DNA of 64,000 nt from positions 434,001 through 498,000 of the forward strand of contig NW_026932975.1 of assembly GCF_032062105.1 (NCBI RefSeq), given 5' to 3'. This document shows positions 63,573-64,000 of this stretch, piece after piece. The notes under the pieces were generated by a model, which saw only the letters and a list, made by a program, of their open reading frames with translations, made no database searches and was not told where the DNA came from. This DNA is from Saccostrea cucullata. Taxonomy: Eukaryota. How positions within the stretch are numbered: the first letter of the stretch is position 1; every line of letters begins with the position of its first letter. Position numbers and translations under genes: made by a program.

Positions 63573-64000
63573 ACATTTTAGGAGATTGAAAGAAGAGAAA
63601 TTATGATTTGTGATCATGTCCTCCAGTCTGTTCTATACTGAATTACTTAATCTAGATTATCCCTGATGTAATACACTGCTCCCTCTTTGTCAAACTCGAT
63701 CATCTCTTAATTTTGAACTTCAGTTGCTTTTAATTTTAACCAATAATCAAACTTTCCCAGATGATCTTGATAACATAATTTGTTGAATTTGTAGAGTTGA
63801 CAGTAACTGGTATAATAACGTGAGACAGACAGATTCCAGGGGGCCCAGTTGTTCTGAAAGATGGCTGAAGCAATGGAAAGTGTAGAAGACTGCGAAGGAG
63901 AGAAAATTCTGGAGGCTTCACATTCCAACAACAAGGCAGGAAAAGACGGACTTCTATCCAATCACAAGATTTCACAGAATGAATCGGGCTTTGATTTAAG

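Noticed and set aside
63707-63975. Minus-strand ORFs upstream of LIPE as extra exons or another gene
   Set aside because: No convincing splice sites or motifs and close to the window edge; cannot be assigned.

Overview
AT-rich, intron-containing animal genomic DNA. The repeat landscape (tRNA-SINEs with (AATC)n tails, Helentron-like satellite-bearing elements, TA-flanked MITEs) looks bivalve, probably oyster; this is an inference. Genes were reconstructed by hand from splice sites. (i) Three tandem minus-strand paralogs each encode a secreted protein: signal peptide, one IgGFc-binding (FCGBP N-terminal) domain, acidic Cys/Asp DNDCDGxxDE motifs and, in the two copies complete in the window, a 20-nt terminal exon ending ...VIGRK*. 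(ii) A BTB-BACK-PHR gene lies head-to-head with the cluster. (iii) An unrecognised 438-aa mostly low-complexity constant exon (33014-34334) is preceded by about 12 kb holding at least 7 candidate alternative coding first exons, all in splice phase 2. (iv) An ALK1/2 (ACVR1/saxophone)-type BMP type I receptor has unusual GS-helix residues. (v) A hormone-sensitive lipase has a long acidic insert. Interspersed are decayed RTE-LINE and Harbinger remnants, SINEs, MITEs (some nested) and several near-perfect hairpins. No CRISPR array, rRNA or true tRNA gene was found.
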